DNA of 28,087 nucleotides. Origin: Methanocellales archaeon. Lineage in GTDB: Archaea; Halobacteriota; JAWCLZ01. Below the pieces are notes generated by a model. It made no database searches, was not told the origin of the DNA, and saw only the letters and a list, made by a program, of their open reading frames with translations. Positions within the stretch are counted from its first letter, which is position 1. Each line of letters opens with the position of its first letter. The DNA lies in assembly GCA_038850285.1 (NCBI GenBank), contig JAWCMA010000004.1, positions 6,489 to 34,575 of the forward strand. The letters run 5' to 3'. The translations under genes and the position numbers were made by a program. Below are positions 18,062-27,578 of this stretch, piece after piece.

Positions 18062-18538
18062 ATGACCACTCTCGAGAGAGAACTTGTAAGGTCATTTAAT
18101 ATTTTTTTTGAGGAAAACAGCATCAGGGGAATAGCCTATCGAATTAAGCAGCATAAGTTTTCAACTCAATTCCTAGACATCTTAGTAGACTCCCTAGACC
18201 CTGATTACTACCTAGGCATCGAATGCAAGAGCATATCAGTTGAAAAAGGCGCTGCTTCACTCTACTTCAGCCAGCATTTCAGCAGAAATAAAAATGGAGA
18301 GCATCAAATAGGACGCATCTCTAAATTTCTAGAGAAATCCGGGAGAAAAGGCCTGCTCATAGCCGAATTGAGGGAGGGAAGCGGCAAGCCGAGACAGGCA
18401 TATGCCATAAAATGGCAAGTAATAGAGGAAATATTTAGAGAAAATAAGCCAGGCTTAAGGATAGAGGAAATCAAGCAGTTTCCAAAGCTATTGAGAATAA
18501 AAGGACGCTACCACATAGATAAATCAATATGGAAGTAA
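18062..18538 (+). CDS. PD-(D/E)xK nuclease, Holliday junction resolvase (Hjc/RecU)-like
   Basis: N-terminal ERELV helix Glu, LDILVD and GIECKS catalytic pattern, QIGRISKF. Confidence 0.7.
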   Translation: MTTLERELVRSFNIFFEENSIRGIAYRIKQHKFSTQFLDILVDSLDPDYYLGIECKSISVEKGAASLYFSQHFSRNKNGEHQIGRISKFLEKSGRKGLLIAELREGSGKPRQAYAIKWQVIEEIFRENKPGLRIEEIKQFPKLLRIKGRYHIDKSIWK

Positions 18539-18544
18539 GAAAAG

Positions 18545-18990
18545 AAAAGTAAAAAAGAAGTAGAGGCCAGTTAAAATCAGAATTAAAACCCAATAGCTTT
18601 CCAGCAGCGATAGCAAGCAAAGAGAGCTTAGTGCTAGGGAATAATGAAAAGCAGCAGTGCGCTTTGAAGCAGGCTCGCCTTAACGCGACAAGCACAAAAT
18701 ACTTCCCAAATAAGCCCATACGAAATCCAGCTCAAGCCTAGGAAAAAGCCAAAAATAATACCACTTTAAAGGCACTTTCAAAAATTCAGAACTCCTAGCC
18801 TAGAAGTGCTAATAGCAAGCCTATTAATATAAAGGCAAATGTAATACAACCACAGTTTGAAGAGGCTTATATTTCCCGTTGGAAGTGCAGTATCAGCAAT
18901 CGCTGGAATAAAAGGTAAGATGCAAGGTGATAGAAAGCTTAAGAAGCCCGAGGCGAAAGCAGCTATGGGCTCGACTTCAAATATATCTTC
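18545..18990 (-). pseudogene. ccdA: Degraded CcdA/DsbD-type cytochrome c biogenesis / disulfide transporter gene (boundaries approximate)
   Basis: Fragments in different frames: AAFASGFLSFLSPCILPFIPA, then GIIFGFFLGLSWIS, then AYLGSIL. No in-frame start; several stops and frameshifts. Confidence 0.75.
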
Positions 18991-18995
18991 ATTCT

Positions 18996-19021
18996 AATAT
19001 CATTTCAATATCATTTCAATA
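18996..19021. repeat. 11-bp tandem duplication
   Basis: AATATCATTTC x2 followed by AATA. Confidence 0.7.
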
Positions 19022-19063
19022 CCAGCAAGTCATATTTATATCCATAGGTCAGATTTACTTTAA

Positions 19064-19669
19064 ATGAAAGTAATTAAAGCCCTTGAAACTGAGAATGGAT
19101 GCAGGATAAAGGTAAAGCTTGCTGTTGAAGAATTGAATTCAAAAATCGATTTCTATTTAACTAGACTTGAAGAGCAGGTGGAGTTAAAGGAGCATATTAA
19201 AGCCAAACTCCTTGAATGTCTAGATGTAATTCGCCCGAGCTACGATCTCAGCGATGCTTCTAAGGGCTTTAAAGGCGTTGAGTATTACGGAGCTGAAGAC
19301 CTTGAAAACCTCGAGGTTTTCTTCAAGAAATTCTGCCCTTTATTCATAAAGATCTGCAAAATCCTAGGAGAGATCTATTTCCCAGTGCATATTAAATCCA
19401 CGCGGAAATACAATCAAGTTAATGGGATATATCTCGAGGCTAGAGTGAGTAATTATACACAAGGTAGCAATCTTCTAGACTATCTAGAGCAATTCTACCG
19501 CGGAGAAGTTGAAGAATCCAAAAACATCGATCTAAGTGATTTCGGTGACCATGTTTTAATCGACTTAATTTTCATGCATTCAATCAAAGTGGAATGGAAA
19601 ACCACAGTTGCTTGCTTAGAAGATATAGAAGTAGCGAGGAAACTCAACGAGTTATTTCTAAGCGCATAA
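19064..19669 (+). CDS. Hypothetical soluble protein (201 aa)
   Basis: Long ORF filling the space, TTTATAT about 29 nt upstream; no motif recognised. Confidence 0.7.
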   Translation: MKVIKALETENGCRIKVKLAVEELNSKIDFYLTRLEEQVELKEHIKAKLLECLDVIRPSYDLSDASKGFKGVEYYGAEDLENLEVFFKKFCPLFIKICKILGEIYFPVHIKSTRKYNQVNGIYLEARVSNYTQGSNLLDYLEQFYRGEVEESKNIDLSDFGDHVLIDLIFMHSIKVEWKTTVACLEDIEVARKLNELFLSA

Positions 19670-19674
19670 TTATT

Positions 19675-20787
19675 TCAATTCAATTTCAGCACCCTCTCCA
19701 TAATATCCATTGCTCTCTCCAAGTTTTGCATCGAAGTTGAATAGCTTATCCTAATATATCCCCTTCCCCCTTTGCCAAATGCCGAGCCTGGTACAGTGAT
19801 CACTTTATTCTCAATCAACTTCTTAGCAACAGCTAGGTCGTCCCCGACCTCTGGAAAGGCATAAAATGCACCCTTGGGCTTGACGCATTTCAAGCCAATT
19901 TCATCTAAGCGCCTCAATAGATAATCTCTCCTGCGCTTGAATTCAGCTCTCATTTTAACCACGCAATCCTGCGGCCCTGTAATTGCAGCTAAAGCTGCTT
20001 TTTGTGAAATTGAATTGGCGCATGCTTGCACATATTGATGCACCTTTATCAACTGCTCTATGTACTCGCGCTTAGCAGCGATATAGCCAAGTCGCCAGCC
20101 AGTCATGGCATAGGTCTTGGAAACTGCATTTACGGTAATTACATTATCGCTATAGCAAGCTGGACTCACGTGCTCGCCCTCATAGATGAAATGCTCATAG
20201 ACTTCATCGGAGATGAGGGTTATTCCAAAGTCGCTTGCGATTTCTGCAAGTGCCTTAATCTCTGCTCTAGTTTGAACCATACCAGTTGGATTAGAGGGGG
20301 AATTTATGATCAGTGCTCTAGTTCTAGGGGTAATTTTTTCTTTCACAACTTCCGGGTCTAAGCGCAGTTCACTGGTTAGAGGTAGGGATATTGCTCTTCC
20401 ACCTGCGATTTGGGTGAGAGCAGAATAGGAGACAAAGCCTGGGTTAGGGATTAATACCTCATCTTCCTCCTCAATTAATGCTGAAAGGGCTATATTCAAG
20501 CCTTCGCTCGCGGCAGAGGTAACGATTATTTCCTCTGGCTCTACAGTGAATTTATTCTCCCTCTTAAATTTCTCAGCCAGTGCTCCGCGAAGTTCAGGTA
20601 TGCCTGGACTCTGAGTATAGCCTGTGAAGCCCTCTTTTATAGCCTTAATTGCCGCTTCCTTGATGTGCTCGGGAGTATCGAAGTCCGGCTGGCCTAAACC
20701 TAGATTTATGGCATCGCTGCCTGCGGCTTCAAAGATTCTGCGTATCCCTGAAATATCGATCTCAAGCACGCGCTTGGAGAACTTCAT
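19675..20787 (-). CDS. PLP-dependent class I/II (aspartate-type) aminotransferase
   Basis: LGLGQPDF, YT..PGIPELR, NSPSNPTG, SDEVY, SKTYAMTGWRLGY, PKGAFY, PGSAFG. Confidence 0.93.
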   Translation of the reverse strand: MKFSKRVLEIDISGIRRIFEAAGSDAINLGLGQPDFDTPEHIKEAAIKAIKEGFTGYTQSPGIPELRGALAEKFKRENKFTVEPEEIIVTSAASEGLNIALSALIEEEDEVLIPNPGFVSYSALTQIAGGRAISLPLTSELRLDPEVVKEKITPRTRALIINSPSNPTGMVQTRAEIKALAEIASDFGITLISDEVYEHFIYEGEHVSPACYSDNVITVNAVSKTYAMTGWRLGYIAAKREYIEQLIKVHQYVQACANSISQKAALAAITGPQDCVVKMRAEFKRRRDYLLRRLDEIGLKCVKPKGAFYAFPEVGDDLAVAKKLIENKVITVPGSAFGKGGRGYIRISYSTSMQNLERAMDIMERVLKLN

Positions 20788-20791
20788 CTCA

Positions 20792-21388
20792 TCACTCCAG
20801 AGTTGTATGCCTCAGTTTAAGGTCTTCTTCGCTTTTATTCAACCTGAGCATGAGCTCTGCTATTAAGCTATCTAGGAATAGCATCGCTACGAGCTCGAAC
20901 ATTGTACCAAGGGGAGCAAGGGATTTATGTTCTCCTAGTAGCTGGCGCTCCACATAGCCCTTTATGGCTCTTTCCTTGGTTTTAACTGGCAGAACCACAG
21001 CTGCATCTGCAATTTTGCCTATTCTAGAATCTGGATTTGCAGTTATGGCCGCGAGTCTGGCTTTCATCTTCTTAGCTATCTCAGCCCATTCAGCGATGGA
21101 TTTAGTGCTTCCTGATCCTGAGACTGCGATTACTAAATCCTCAGGCTCAAGTGAAGGGGTAACTGTTTCACCAACCACATATACATTGAAGCCAAGGTGC
21201 ATTAATCGCATTGCAAATGCTCTACCAACTAGCCCTGATCTGCCTGCTCCCATTATGAATATTTTCCTCGCTCTATTGATCTCTTCTATCAATTTCTCCA
21301 CTTGTTTATGGTTAATTTTATCAGCAGCCTCCTCGAGTTTTTCAATCATTTGCTTCATAACTTGCTTAACTTCGCATTTTTTCTGCAT
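20792..21388 (-). CDS. hxlB: 6-phospho-3-hexuloisomerase (SIS domain, RuMP pathway)
   Basis: GAGRSGLV...FAMRLMHLG, VVGETVTP, SGSGST, PLGTMFE, RHTTLE; GAGGTG SD upstream. Confidence 0.92.
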   Translation of the reverse strand: MQKKCEVKQVMKQMIEKLEEAADKINHKQVEKLIEEINRARKIFIMGAGRSGLVGRAFAMRLMHLGFNVYVVGETVTPSLEPEDLVIAVSGSGSTKSIAEWAEIAKKMKARLAAITANPDSRIGKIADAAVVLPVKTKERAIKGYVERQLLGEHKSLAPLGTMFELVAMLFLDSLIAELMLRLNKSEEDLKLRHTTLE

Positions 21389-22172
21389 TTCTCAGCACCT
21401 CTTTCATCTTCAAAGCATCTTGCTCTAAGATTGGAGACTCGCAGATTATAGTTGCACTATATCCCCGCTCCATCAATACCTCAGCTAAGAGTTGGAAATC
21501 TGGCTCGCCATTTAAAGCTAAATGCTTTCTTTCATTTCCATTTGAATATTCCACAGCTGTGAAGTGAATATGATAGCTATCTAAATTGAAGCTATCGAAA
21601 ACAAGCTCAAAATCTTTTTTACTCTTCAAAGCACCATTGCCTCGAGCGTGAATATGGGCGAAATCAAGCACAGGTTTAGTTCCCTTGACTTCTTCAACTA
21701 CTTCTTTAATCTCCTCGATTGAGCCAAATTGACTTTGCCTCCCGGTTGTCTCCAACCCGAGGTAGACATTTTTTATTCCACTACTATGAAGTTCTTCGAT
21801 TACTTCATTCAATGCTTTCAATATTAATTTCTTAGCATTCTCAGATTTATAACCCGGGTGAAATACCACTAAGCATGAGTTCATGGCGCTTGCAACCTTG
21901 GCAGAGCTTAAGATCCATTGCTTGCTTTTCTCCACAGTTTCAGTTTTATTTGAAGATAGATTTATATAATAGGGTGCGTGTACCGTTAGCTCTACCTTAT
22001 CTTCCTCAGCAATCTTACCAGCTTTTTTAGCACTTTCGCTGTTCATATAAACATTTCTCACGAATTGAATTTCCAATGCTTCAAGTCCAATTCTAGCTAG
22101 ATAGCTTATTCCCTCCTCGATGCCCTTTCCCTTTGAAGCAATGGGCATCCCCGCGATTCCAACTTTAATCAT
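21366..22172 (-). CDS. nfo: Endonuclease IV / AP endonuclease 2 family TIM barrel
   Basis: HAPYYINL, VFHPG, LETTG..SQFGS, DFAHIHAR, HIHF, ERKH, ICESP. Confidence 0.85.
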   Translation of the reverse strand: MIKVGIAGMPIASKGKGIEEGISYLARIGLEALEIQFVRNVYMNSESAKKAGKIAEEDKVELTVHAPYYINLSSNKTETVEKSKQWILSSAKVASAMNSCLVVFHPGYKSENAKKLILKALNEVIEELHSSGIKNVYLGLETTGRQSQFGSIEEIKEVVEEVKGTKPVLDFAHIHARGNGALKSKKDFELVFDSFNLDSYHIHFTAVEYSNGNERKHLALNGEPDFQLLAEVLMERGYSATIICESPILEQDALKMKEVLRNAEKMRS

Positions 22173-22174
22173 TT

Positions 22175-22849
22175 TTAAACCCCGCTTAAGAGTCTATAGG
22201 CTAGGAAGTTAGGTAAACCAGCATCTATAGTGGCATCTATCACGCTATGTATATCATATTCCACTCGGTGGAATTCCACCTCTTTTGTTTTAGTATCAAA
22301 AACTGCAAAGGCTGCATTGGGATTTCCATCCCTAGGTTGGCCAACGGATCCTGGGTTGAGGATTAATCCCTCTTTCAATGGACATGACCATGGAATATGC
22401 GTGTGGCCTAGGACTAAGATCTTTGTCTTTATCTCCACAAGCATTTGCGCTAGCATCCACTTAGGCGTCTCGGGATAAATGTAGTCATTAAAACTTCTAG
22501 TGCTCCCGTGAGCGATGCTCAGCTCTCTTATCTTCAGCTGCACGGGTAGCTCATCTAAGTACTCTAGGCTTCTCTTTGAAATTTTCTCCCTCGTCCACTC
22601 TATTGCTTTAGCTGCATATGGATTGAATCTTGAAGTATCCCCATTTACTACTGCACAATCGTGATTGCCCATGACTGACTTTATTTTGCGCCTTCTCAGG
22701 AGGCGAATAACTTCATTTGGATATGGATAGTAGCCCACTATGTCACCTGCGCAGTAAACTCGATCCACTTTTAAGAGCTCAATTGCTTGGAGAACACTTT
22801 CAAGCGCTGGGAGATTAGCGTGTATATCTCCAATTAAAGCGATTTTCAC
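22175..22849 (-). CDS. Calcineurin-like metallophosphoesterase
   Basis: GDIHAN, GDIVGY, GNHD, HGS, GHTH, NPGSVGQPRDG. Confidence 0.92.
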   Translation of the reverse strand: MKIALIGDIHANLPALESVLQAIELLKVDRVYCAGDIVGYYPYPNEVIRLLRRRKIKSVMGNHDCAVVNGDTSRFNPYAAKAIEWTREKISKRSLEYLDELPVQLKIRELSIAHGSTRSFNDYIYPETPKWMLAQMLVEIKTKILVLGHTHIPWSCPLKEGLILNPGSVGQPRDGNPNAAFAVFDTKTKEVEFHRVEYDIHSVIDATIDAGLPNFLAYRLLSGV

Positions 22850-23764
22850 TTATTTTCTCCCTTCTTCAGCAATTTTCTTAACCAAGCCTGCAAGTGCTAT
22901 GCTCTTAACTTTATCCGCCATTAATATATCTGTTCTCACGATCTTAAGACCCTTTACATTCAATTCATCTTTACCGTGGACTATGAATACATCTAGAAAA
23001 TCTTTATAATATTCAGCTACCCCAAGTGAGGAAGCTTCATATTTAAGTGCGCTCAAGAACTTCGCAGCTGGCCCGCTTATAACTTGCTTGCCTATGAATG
23101 GACTTACTGCGATTACATATTTATCCTTCAATATCTTTCTAACTTCTCTCAAGCTAATTATCGGCCCTATACTTGTAACTGGATTGCTCGGGCCTATTAT
23201 CACAGCCTGCTCGCGCTCCAGAGCTTGGATCGCTTCTCTACTTGGCCTGGCTTTTTCTATTCCTCTTAACTCAATTTTTTCCACCTCGAGCTTTCCCCGG
23301 TGAGCGATCCAGAAATCTTGAAAGTGAAGCTCCCCCATTTCCTTTGTATATATATAAGTTTCCACTTTTTCATCGCTCATGGGCAGTACCTTTGCTTTTA
23401 CATTGAAATATTCACAGAGTTTTAAAGTTGCACTTGTTAGAGATTCCCCTCTTCTCAGCAAATTAGTTCGAAGAATGTGTGTTGCTCTATCTCCATCTCC
23501 AATCATCATCGCCTCTTTAAAACCAAGTGCCTTTAGTTTCTCGTGAGTATGAAAAGTATCCCCTTTAATTCCCCACCACTTTGAGTCATCTATGAGTTCC
23601 GCAAGGGTATAGATCACTGTATCAATATCAGGGCAAACTAGATTTCCACTTACCCATAGATCTTCAGCAGTATTCACGATCACTGTGATTTGCTCCTGAG
23701 GCACAATTTCTTTAAGTCCTCTCAATAGCTTTGGGGTTCCAGTGCCACCTGAGAGTAATAGCAT
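22850..23764 (-). CDS. cofD: 2-phospho-L-lactate transferase (coenzyme F420 biosynthesis)
   Basis: LSGGTGTPKLL, VNTAED, CPDIDT, WWGIKGDTF, GDGDRATH, PMSD, HFQDFW, IGPSNPVTSIGPI. Confidence 0.95.
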   Translation of the reverse strand: MLLLSGGTGTPKLLRGLKEIVPQEQITVIVNTAEDLWVSGNLVCPDIDTVIYTLAELIDDSKWWGIKGDTFHTHEKLKALGFKEAMMIGDGDRATHILRTNLLRRGESLTSATLKLCEYFNVKAKVLPMSDEKVETYIYTKEMGELHFQDFWIAHRGKLEVEKIELRGIEKARPSREAIQALEREQAVIIGPSNPVTSIGPIISLREVRKILKDKYVIAVSPFIGKQVISGPAAKFLSALKYEASSLGVAEYYKDFLDVFIVHGKDELNVKGLKIVRTDILMADKVKSIALAGLVKKIAEEGRK

Positions 23765-23861
23765 TTCCCAGCCTCAAACCTCGATATACATTATCTCTTA
23801 TAGCACTTTTAAGGCCTTTTAATTTTTACTTTATACTTTTAAGCTTTCAAGCTTTCAAGGT

Positions 23862-25079
23862 TTAAAGTACCGTTATTCCATAGTATATGCCAATGGCTAG
23901 AGCAGCGGCCACTGGAACTGTGAGGAGCCAGGAAATAATTACATCTCTTACCACCCTCAAGCTCAATGCCTTTATACCTCGCGCTAGTCCAACTCCAACC
24001 ACTGCGCCCACTATTGTATGCGAGGTGGAAATTGGCATTCCAAGTTTGGAGAAAAATAAAACTGTTATTGCAGTGCCGAATTCAGCGCAAAAGCCATTGG
24101 TGGGCGCGATCTCTGTGATTTTACGCCCAATTGTTTCCATTACTTTCATGCCCCCAATGAGGCAGCCAATCGCTATGCCAGCTCCTCCCATTGCAAGCAT
24201 CCACCACTCCACTCCCACCTTCATTGATACTTCTTTAGTTATGAAGATGTTGTATATAGCTGCAAATGGACCAACTGCATTCGCTACATCATTAGCGCCA
24301 TGGGCAAAGGCAACGTTGCAAGCAGTTAATACTTGGAGGTAGGCGAAGATTTTCTCGAGATGGAAGAACTCATATTTATAGGAGTAATATTTAATCAAGA
24401 AGTAGCCAAGCAACGCAGCTGCGCTTCCTATTAAAATTGAAGCCAACAAAGCACTTCCTACTTCCAAGCGCAAGCCTTTTAAACCTTCGTAGAAAATCGA
24501 GAGAGCGAGTACAAAAAATACAAGGAAAATTAAAAGAGGAGAGAGCTTCAATGCAGCTTCACGCTGCTTTTCTCTGCTTAGAATCGCTTTTTGAATTATT
24601 CGAAAAATGAGAAAAGCAATTATCGCGCCTAAAACTGGTGATATAACCCAGCTTGCAGCTATTTTAAGCAGCACCCCCCAGCTCACGCCATATATTCCAG
24701 CTGTAATAATTCCAAAGCCAGCCACTCCTCCAACTATTGCATGCGTTGTGGAAACAGGCAGCCCGAAGTGAGTTGCAATTGCTACCCAAATTGCAGCTGC
24801 TAGCATTGCTGAAAGCATGCCATAGATCAAGAGTTCTGGATTTGGAGTGAAGAAGTTCAGATCAATGATTCCCTTCTGAATGGTCTCGGTAACGTGAATG
24901 CCAACTAGAATTGCTCCTAGGAAATTTAAAACCGCGGCATAAATAACTGCTCTTTTAACAGTTAAAGCTCTGCTCCCAACCGATGTGCCCATGGCATTGG
25001 CAAGGTCATTGGCTCCAATTCCCCAGGCCATGAAGAGGGCTGCAAGCGAGGAGCTAGCGATTAGGAGCCAGTAATTCAA
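23862..25079 (-). CDS. pit: PiT-family inorganic phosphate transporter
   Basis: Duplicated signature GANDLAN / HGANDVAN and PVSTTH / PISTSH. Confidence 0.95.
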   Translation of the reverse strand: MNYWLLIASSSLAALFMAWGIGANDLANAMGTSVGSRALTVKRAVIYAAVLNFLGAILVGIHVTETIQKGIIDLNFFTPNPELLIYGMLSAMLAAAIWVAIATHFGLPVSTTHAIVGGVAGFGIITAGIYGVSWGVLLKIAASWVISPVLGAIIAFLIFRIIQKAILSREKQREAALKLSPLLIFLVFFVLALSIFYEGLKGLRLEVGSALLASILIGSAAALLGYFLIKYYSYKYEFFHLEKIFAYLQVLTACNVAFAHGANDVANAVGPFAAIYNIFITKEVSMKVGVEWWMLAMGGAGIAIGCLIGGMKVMETIGRKITEIAPTNGFCAEFGTAITVLFFSKLGMPISTSHTIVGAVVGVGLARGIKALSLRVVRDVIISWLLTVPVAAALAIGIYYGITVL

Positions 25080-25083
25080 GCTC

Positions 25084-25500
25084 TCACCTTACGACTAAAA
25101 CTGGAACTTTAGCGTGGACTATTACCTTTGAAGCAATGCTGCCAAGCAAAAAACGCTCCACCTTGCCTAATCCTCTGCTTCCTACAACTATTAAATCGCA
25201 GCCTTCTTCCTCGCAGGTTTTCAAGATTTCGTTAGCTACATCTCCAAAAACTGTTATTCCTCTAGCTTGTAATCCTCTCGCTTTTAAATCTGATGCCAGC
25301 TCTGCTACCATCTTCTCAGTCTCGGCGAAAATCGAGCCGTCTAATACCTCTGCTTGAATTATAGCCAGTTTCACTTCCCTCGGGATAACTGAGATAATTA
25401 TTATCTCGCTTCCAAATTTCTCCGCGAGCTCAGCGGCTTTAGCGAGAGCTCCTTTTGAATCCTCTGAACCATCGACTCCAACCAAGATTTTCTTAAACAA
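25084..25500 (-). CDS. Universal stress protein
   Basis: KKILVGVDGS, DLIVVGSRG, LGSIA, PVLVV. Confidence 0.93.
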   Translation of the reverse strand: MFKKILVGVDGSEDSKGALAKAAELAEKFGSEIIIISVIPREVKLAIIQAEVLDGSIFAETEKMVAELASDLKARGLQARGITVFGDVANEILKTCEEEGCDLIVVGSRGLGKVERFLLGSIASKVIVHAKVPVLVVR

Positions 25501-25533
25501 ACTATCTCGGCTCCTACCAACTTTTTCCTTTTT

Positions 25534-26088
25534 TCATTTCTTTCTCGTTTCACTGTTCGTTTTATCCAACTGCTTCAAGAGCATCTCGATTTCAGTGTCA
25601 TGGAGCGCAGTTGGCGGTAATTTTGGTATTAGAATACCTCTACAAAAATTGGGTTGAACCTTAACGCTGTAGATATACTGTTTTTCGCTGCCTCTCTGGA
25701 TCACATTGGCTAGCAGACCAATGCGAGGGCAGGTCATCGGCAAATCCCTTTTGGCCATGTCTAAACATATTCCTCTATAGAAGCAGCTATAATGCTCAAC
25801 TATTATATGACTATCATCTCCAGCAATCGAGTCCTTTGGATCATTATATCCCGCTTGCTTGCAGTCCTCAAGATATATGGATGCAACTTCAAATGGACTG
25901 CCTCTTCTTATTTCAATGCCAGATTCCTTTTTTTGAAAACCAAGCCAGAAATCAGCTGCTCTAGAGAGGAGATGAGCATGGGTGCTTCTAAGGTCACCAA
26001 TTCCCACACCAACGCCAAACATCCAAGCTAGAGCAACACCCTTAAAGAGCTTAACTGGATCGATTTTTGATCCCTTCTCTTGCGTCAT
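25534..26088 (-). CDS. Hypothetical Cys-motif protein, possibly V4R/H-NOX-like ligand- or metal-binding fold
   Basis: AAGGAGG SD; C-x5-C-x11-CP...C motif (28 residues between the last two Cys). Confidence 0.55.
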   Translation of the reverse strand: MTQEKGSKIDPVKLFKGVALAWMFGVGVGIGDLRSTHAHLLSRAADFWLGFQKKESGIEIRRGSPFEVASIYLEDCKQAGYNDPKDSIAGDDSHIIVEHYSCFYRGICLDMAKRDLPMTCPRIGLLANVIQRGSEKQYIYSVKVQPNFCRGILIPKLPPTALHDTEIEMLLKQLDKTNSETRKK

Positions 26089-26126
26089 TTTAAAAATCCT
26101 CCTTTTATCCTTTCTTCATTCAATCT

Positions 26127-26777
26127 CTACTCTATCTTTATTCTATCTCCAGTTACCATGTAATATATTCTACTTCCAATATTGCACCCGTGGTCTGCTA
26201 TTCTCTCTAGATGCTGAGCTATAAAGGAGAAATGCGATGCCATGCGCATGAGCTTAGGGTCTTCGATCATGAAGGTAATTGCCTCTCTTCGAATGTGATC
26301 ATACAATCTATCCACCAGATCTTCTTTCTCTTGAAGTTTCGTTAAATTGGAAATATCGCTAGTTTTAAAGGCCTCGAGGTCTATCTTCAGTATATCGCGG
26401 CAAGCCTCGCACATCCTTGGAATGTCAATAAGTGGCTTAAAAACTTGATCCACTAGCTCAATTGCAATATTAGCAATATCTTGAGAGTGATCACTAATTC
26501 TATCTAACTCGCCAATTATTTTTAAACATGTAACTATAAATCTTAAGTCACTTGCCATTGGCTGCTGAAGCGCTAGGAGACGCATGCAATCTTTTTCAAT
26601 AGCGAATTCCAATTCATCAACCCTCTTGCCATCCTCAATTACTTGAGTTGCAAGCTTTACATCGTGCTTCTTAAGCGCAGCGATGCAATTTATCACGCTT
26701 ATAGTTGCAAGTTCTCCCATCTTCAAAACATCGTTTTTAAGCTTCTCTAGCTCCTGCCTGTATTGAACTCTAAACAT
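26127..26777 (-). CDS. phoU: Phosphate signalling protein PhoU
   Basis: LALQQPMASDLR, ELDRISDH, EDLVD, LERIADH. Confidence 0.95.
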   Translation of the reverse strand: MFRVQYRQELEKLKNDVLKMGELATISVINCIAALKKHDVKLATQVIEDGKRVDELEFAIEKDCMRLLALQQPMASDLRFIVTCLKIIGELDRISDHSQDIANIAIELVDQVFKPLIDIPRMCEACRDILKIDLEAFKTSDISNLTKLQEKEDLVDRLYDHIRREAITFMIEDPKLMRMASHFSFIAQHLERIADHGCNIGSRIYYMVTGDRIKIE

Positions 26778-26816
26778 TTTTCACCTTTTAAATCCTTATC
26801 AGCATTATATTTTCAA

Positions 26817-27578
26817 CTATCCAAATTTACCAGTGATATAATCCTCAGTTCGCTTATCCCTGGGCTTCTCAAACATGGTTTTTGTGGGTCCATATTCAAT
26901 GAGCTCACCGAGGTACATGAAAGCAGTATAGTCTGAAACTCTTGCTGCCTGCTGCATGTTATGCGTTACAAGTACGATGGTATAATTCTTTTTTAATTCC
27001 ACTAGCAAGTCCTCGATCTTTGCAGTTGAAATTGGATCCAATGCAGAGCATGGCTCATCAAGCAAGAGCACCTCTGGATTTACTGCGAGAGCGCGAGCAA
27101 TGCATAACCTCTGCTGCTGTCCTCCTGATAAACTAGCGCCTGATTTATTCAAATCATCCTTCACTTCATCGTATAACGCAGCTAATTTCAAGCTCTGCAC
27201 CACCACTTCAGCTATCTTATCCCTATTATATCTCATGGCTAGCTTCAACCCAGCTGCCACATTATCGATGATCGACATCGTGGGAAAGGGATTTGGCTTT
27301 TGAAAAACCATTCCAATCCTTCTCCGAATTTCCACTGGATCTACTCCTTCACCATAAATATCAAGATTGTCAAGTAAAACTTTTCCACTCACCCTCGCCC
27401 CTCGAACTACTTCGTGCATTCGATTTAAGCATCGAATTAGCGTGGACTTACCGCATCCTGAAGGGCCTATAACAGCAGTTATGTAATTCTTTTTAATATC
27501 CAAATTTATATTCTTAAGAACTTGTTTCATCCCGAACCAAGCATTTAAATTAATAATTTTAATCTTAACCTCACTCAA
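26817..27578 (-). CDS. pstB: Phosphate ABC transporter ATP-binding protein
   Basis: [54 protein letters not shown]. Confidence 0.97.
   Translation of the reverse strand: MSEVKIKIINLNAWFGMKQVLKNINLDIKKNYITAVIGPSGCGKSTLIRCLNRMHEVVRGARVSGKVLLDNLDIYGEGVDPVEIRRRIGMVFQKPNPFPTMSIIDNVAAGLKLAMRYNRDKIAEVVVQSLKLAALYDEVKDDLNKSGASLSGGQQQRLCIARALAVNPEVLLLDEPCSALDPISTAKIEDLLVELKKNYTIVLVTHNMQQAARVSDYTAFMYLGELIEYGPTKTMFEKPRDKRTEDYITGKFG

Noticed and set aside
18471-18719. 82-aa minus-strand ORF as a standalone gene
   Set aside because: It is a frame fragment of the ccdA pseudogene running into the nuclease gene.
23805-23862. CTTTTAAG and AAGCTTTC short repeats upstream of cofD
   Set aside because: Low-complexity AT-rich promoter or terminator sequence; too short to support a specific claim.
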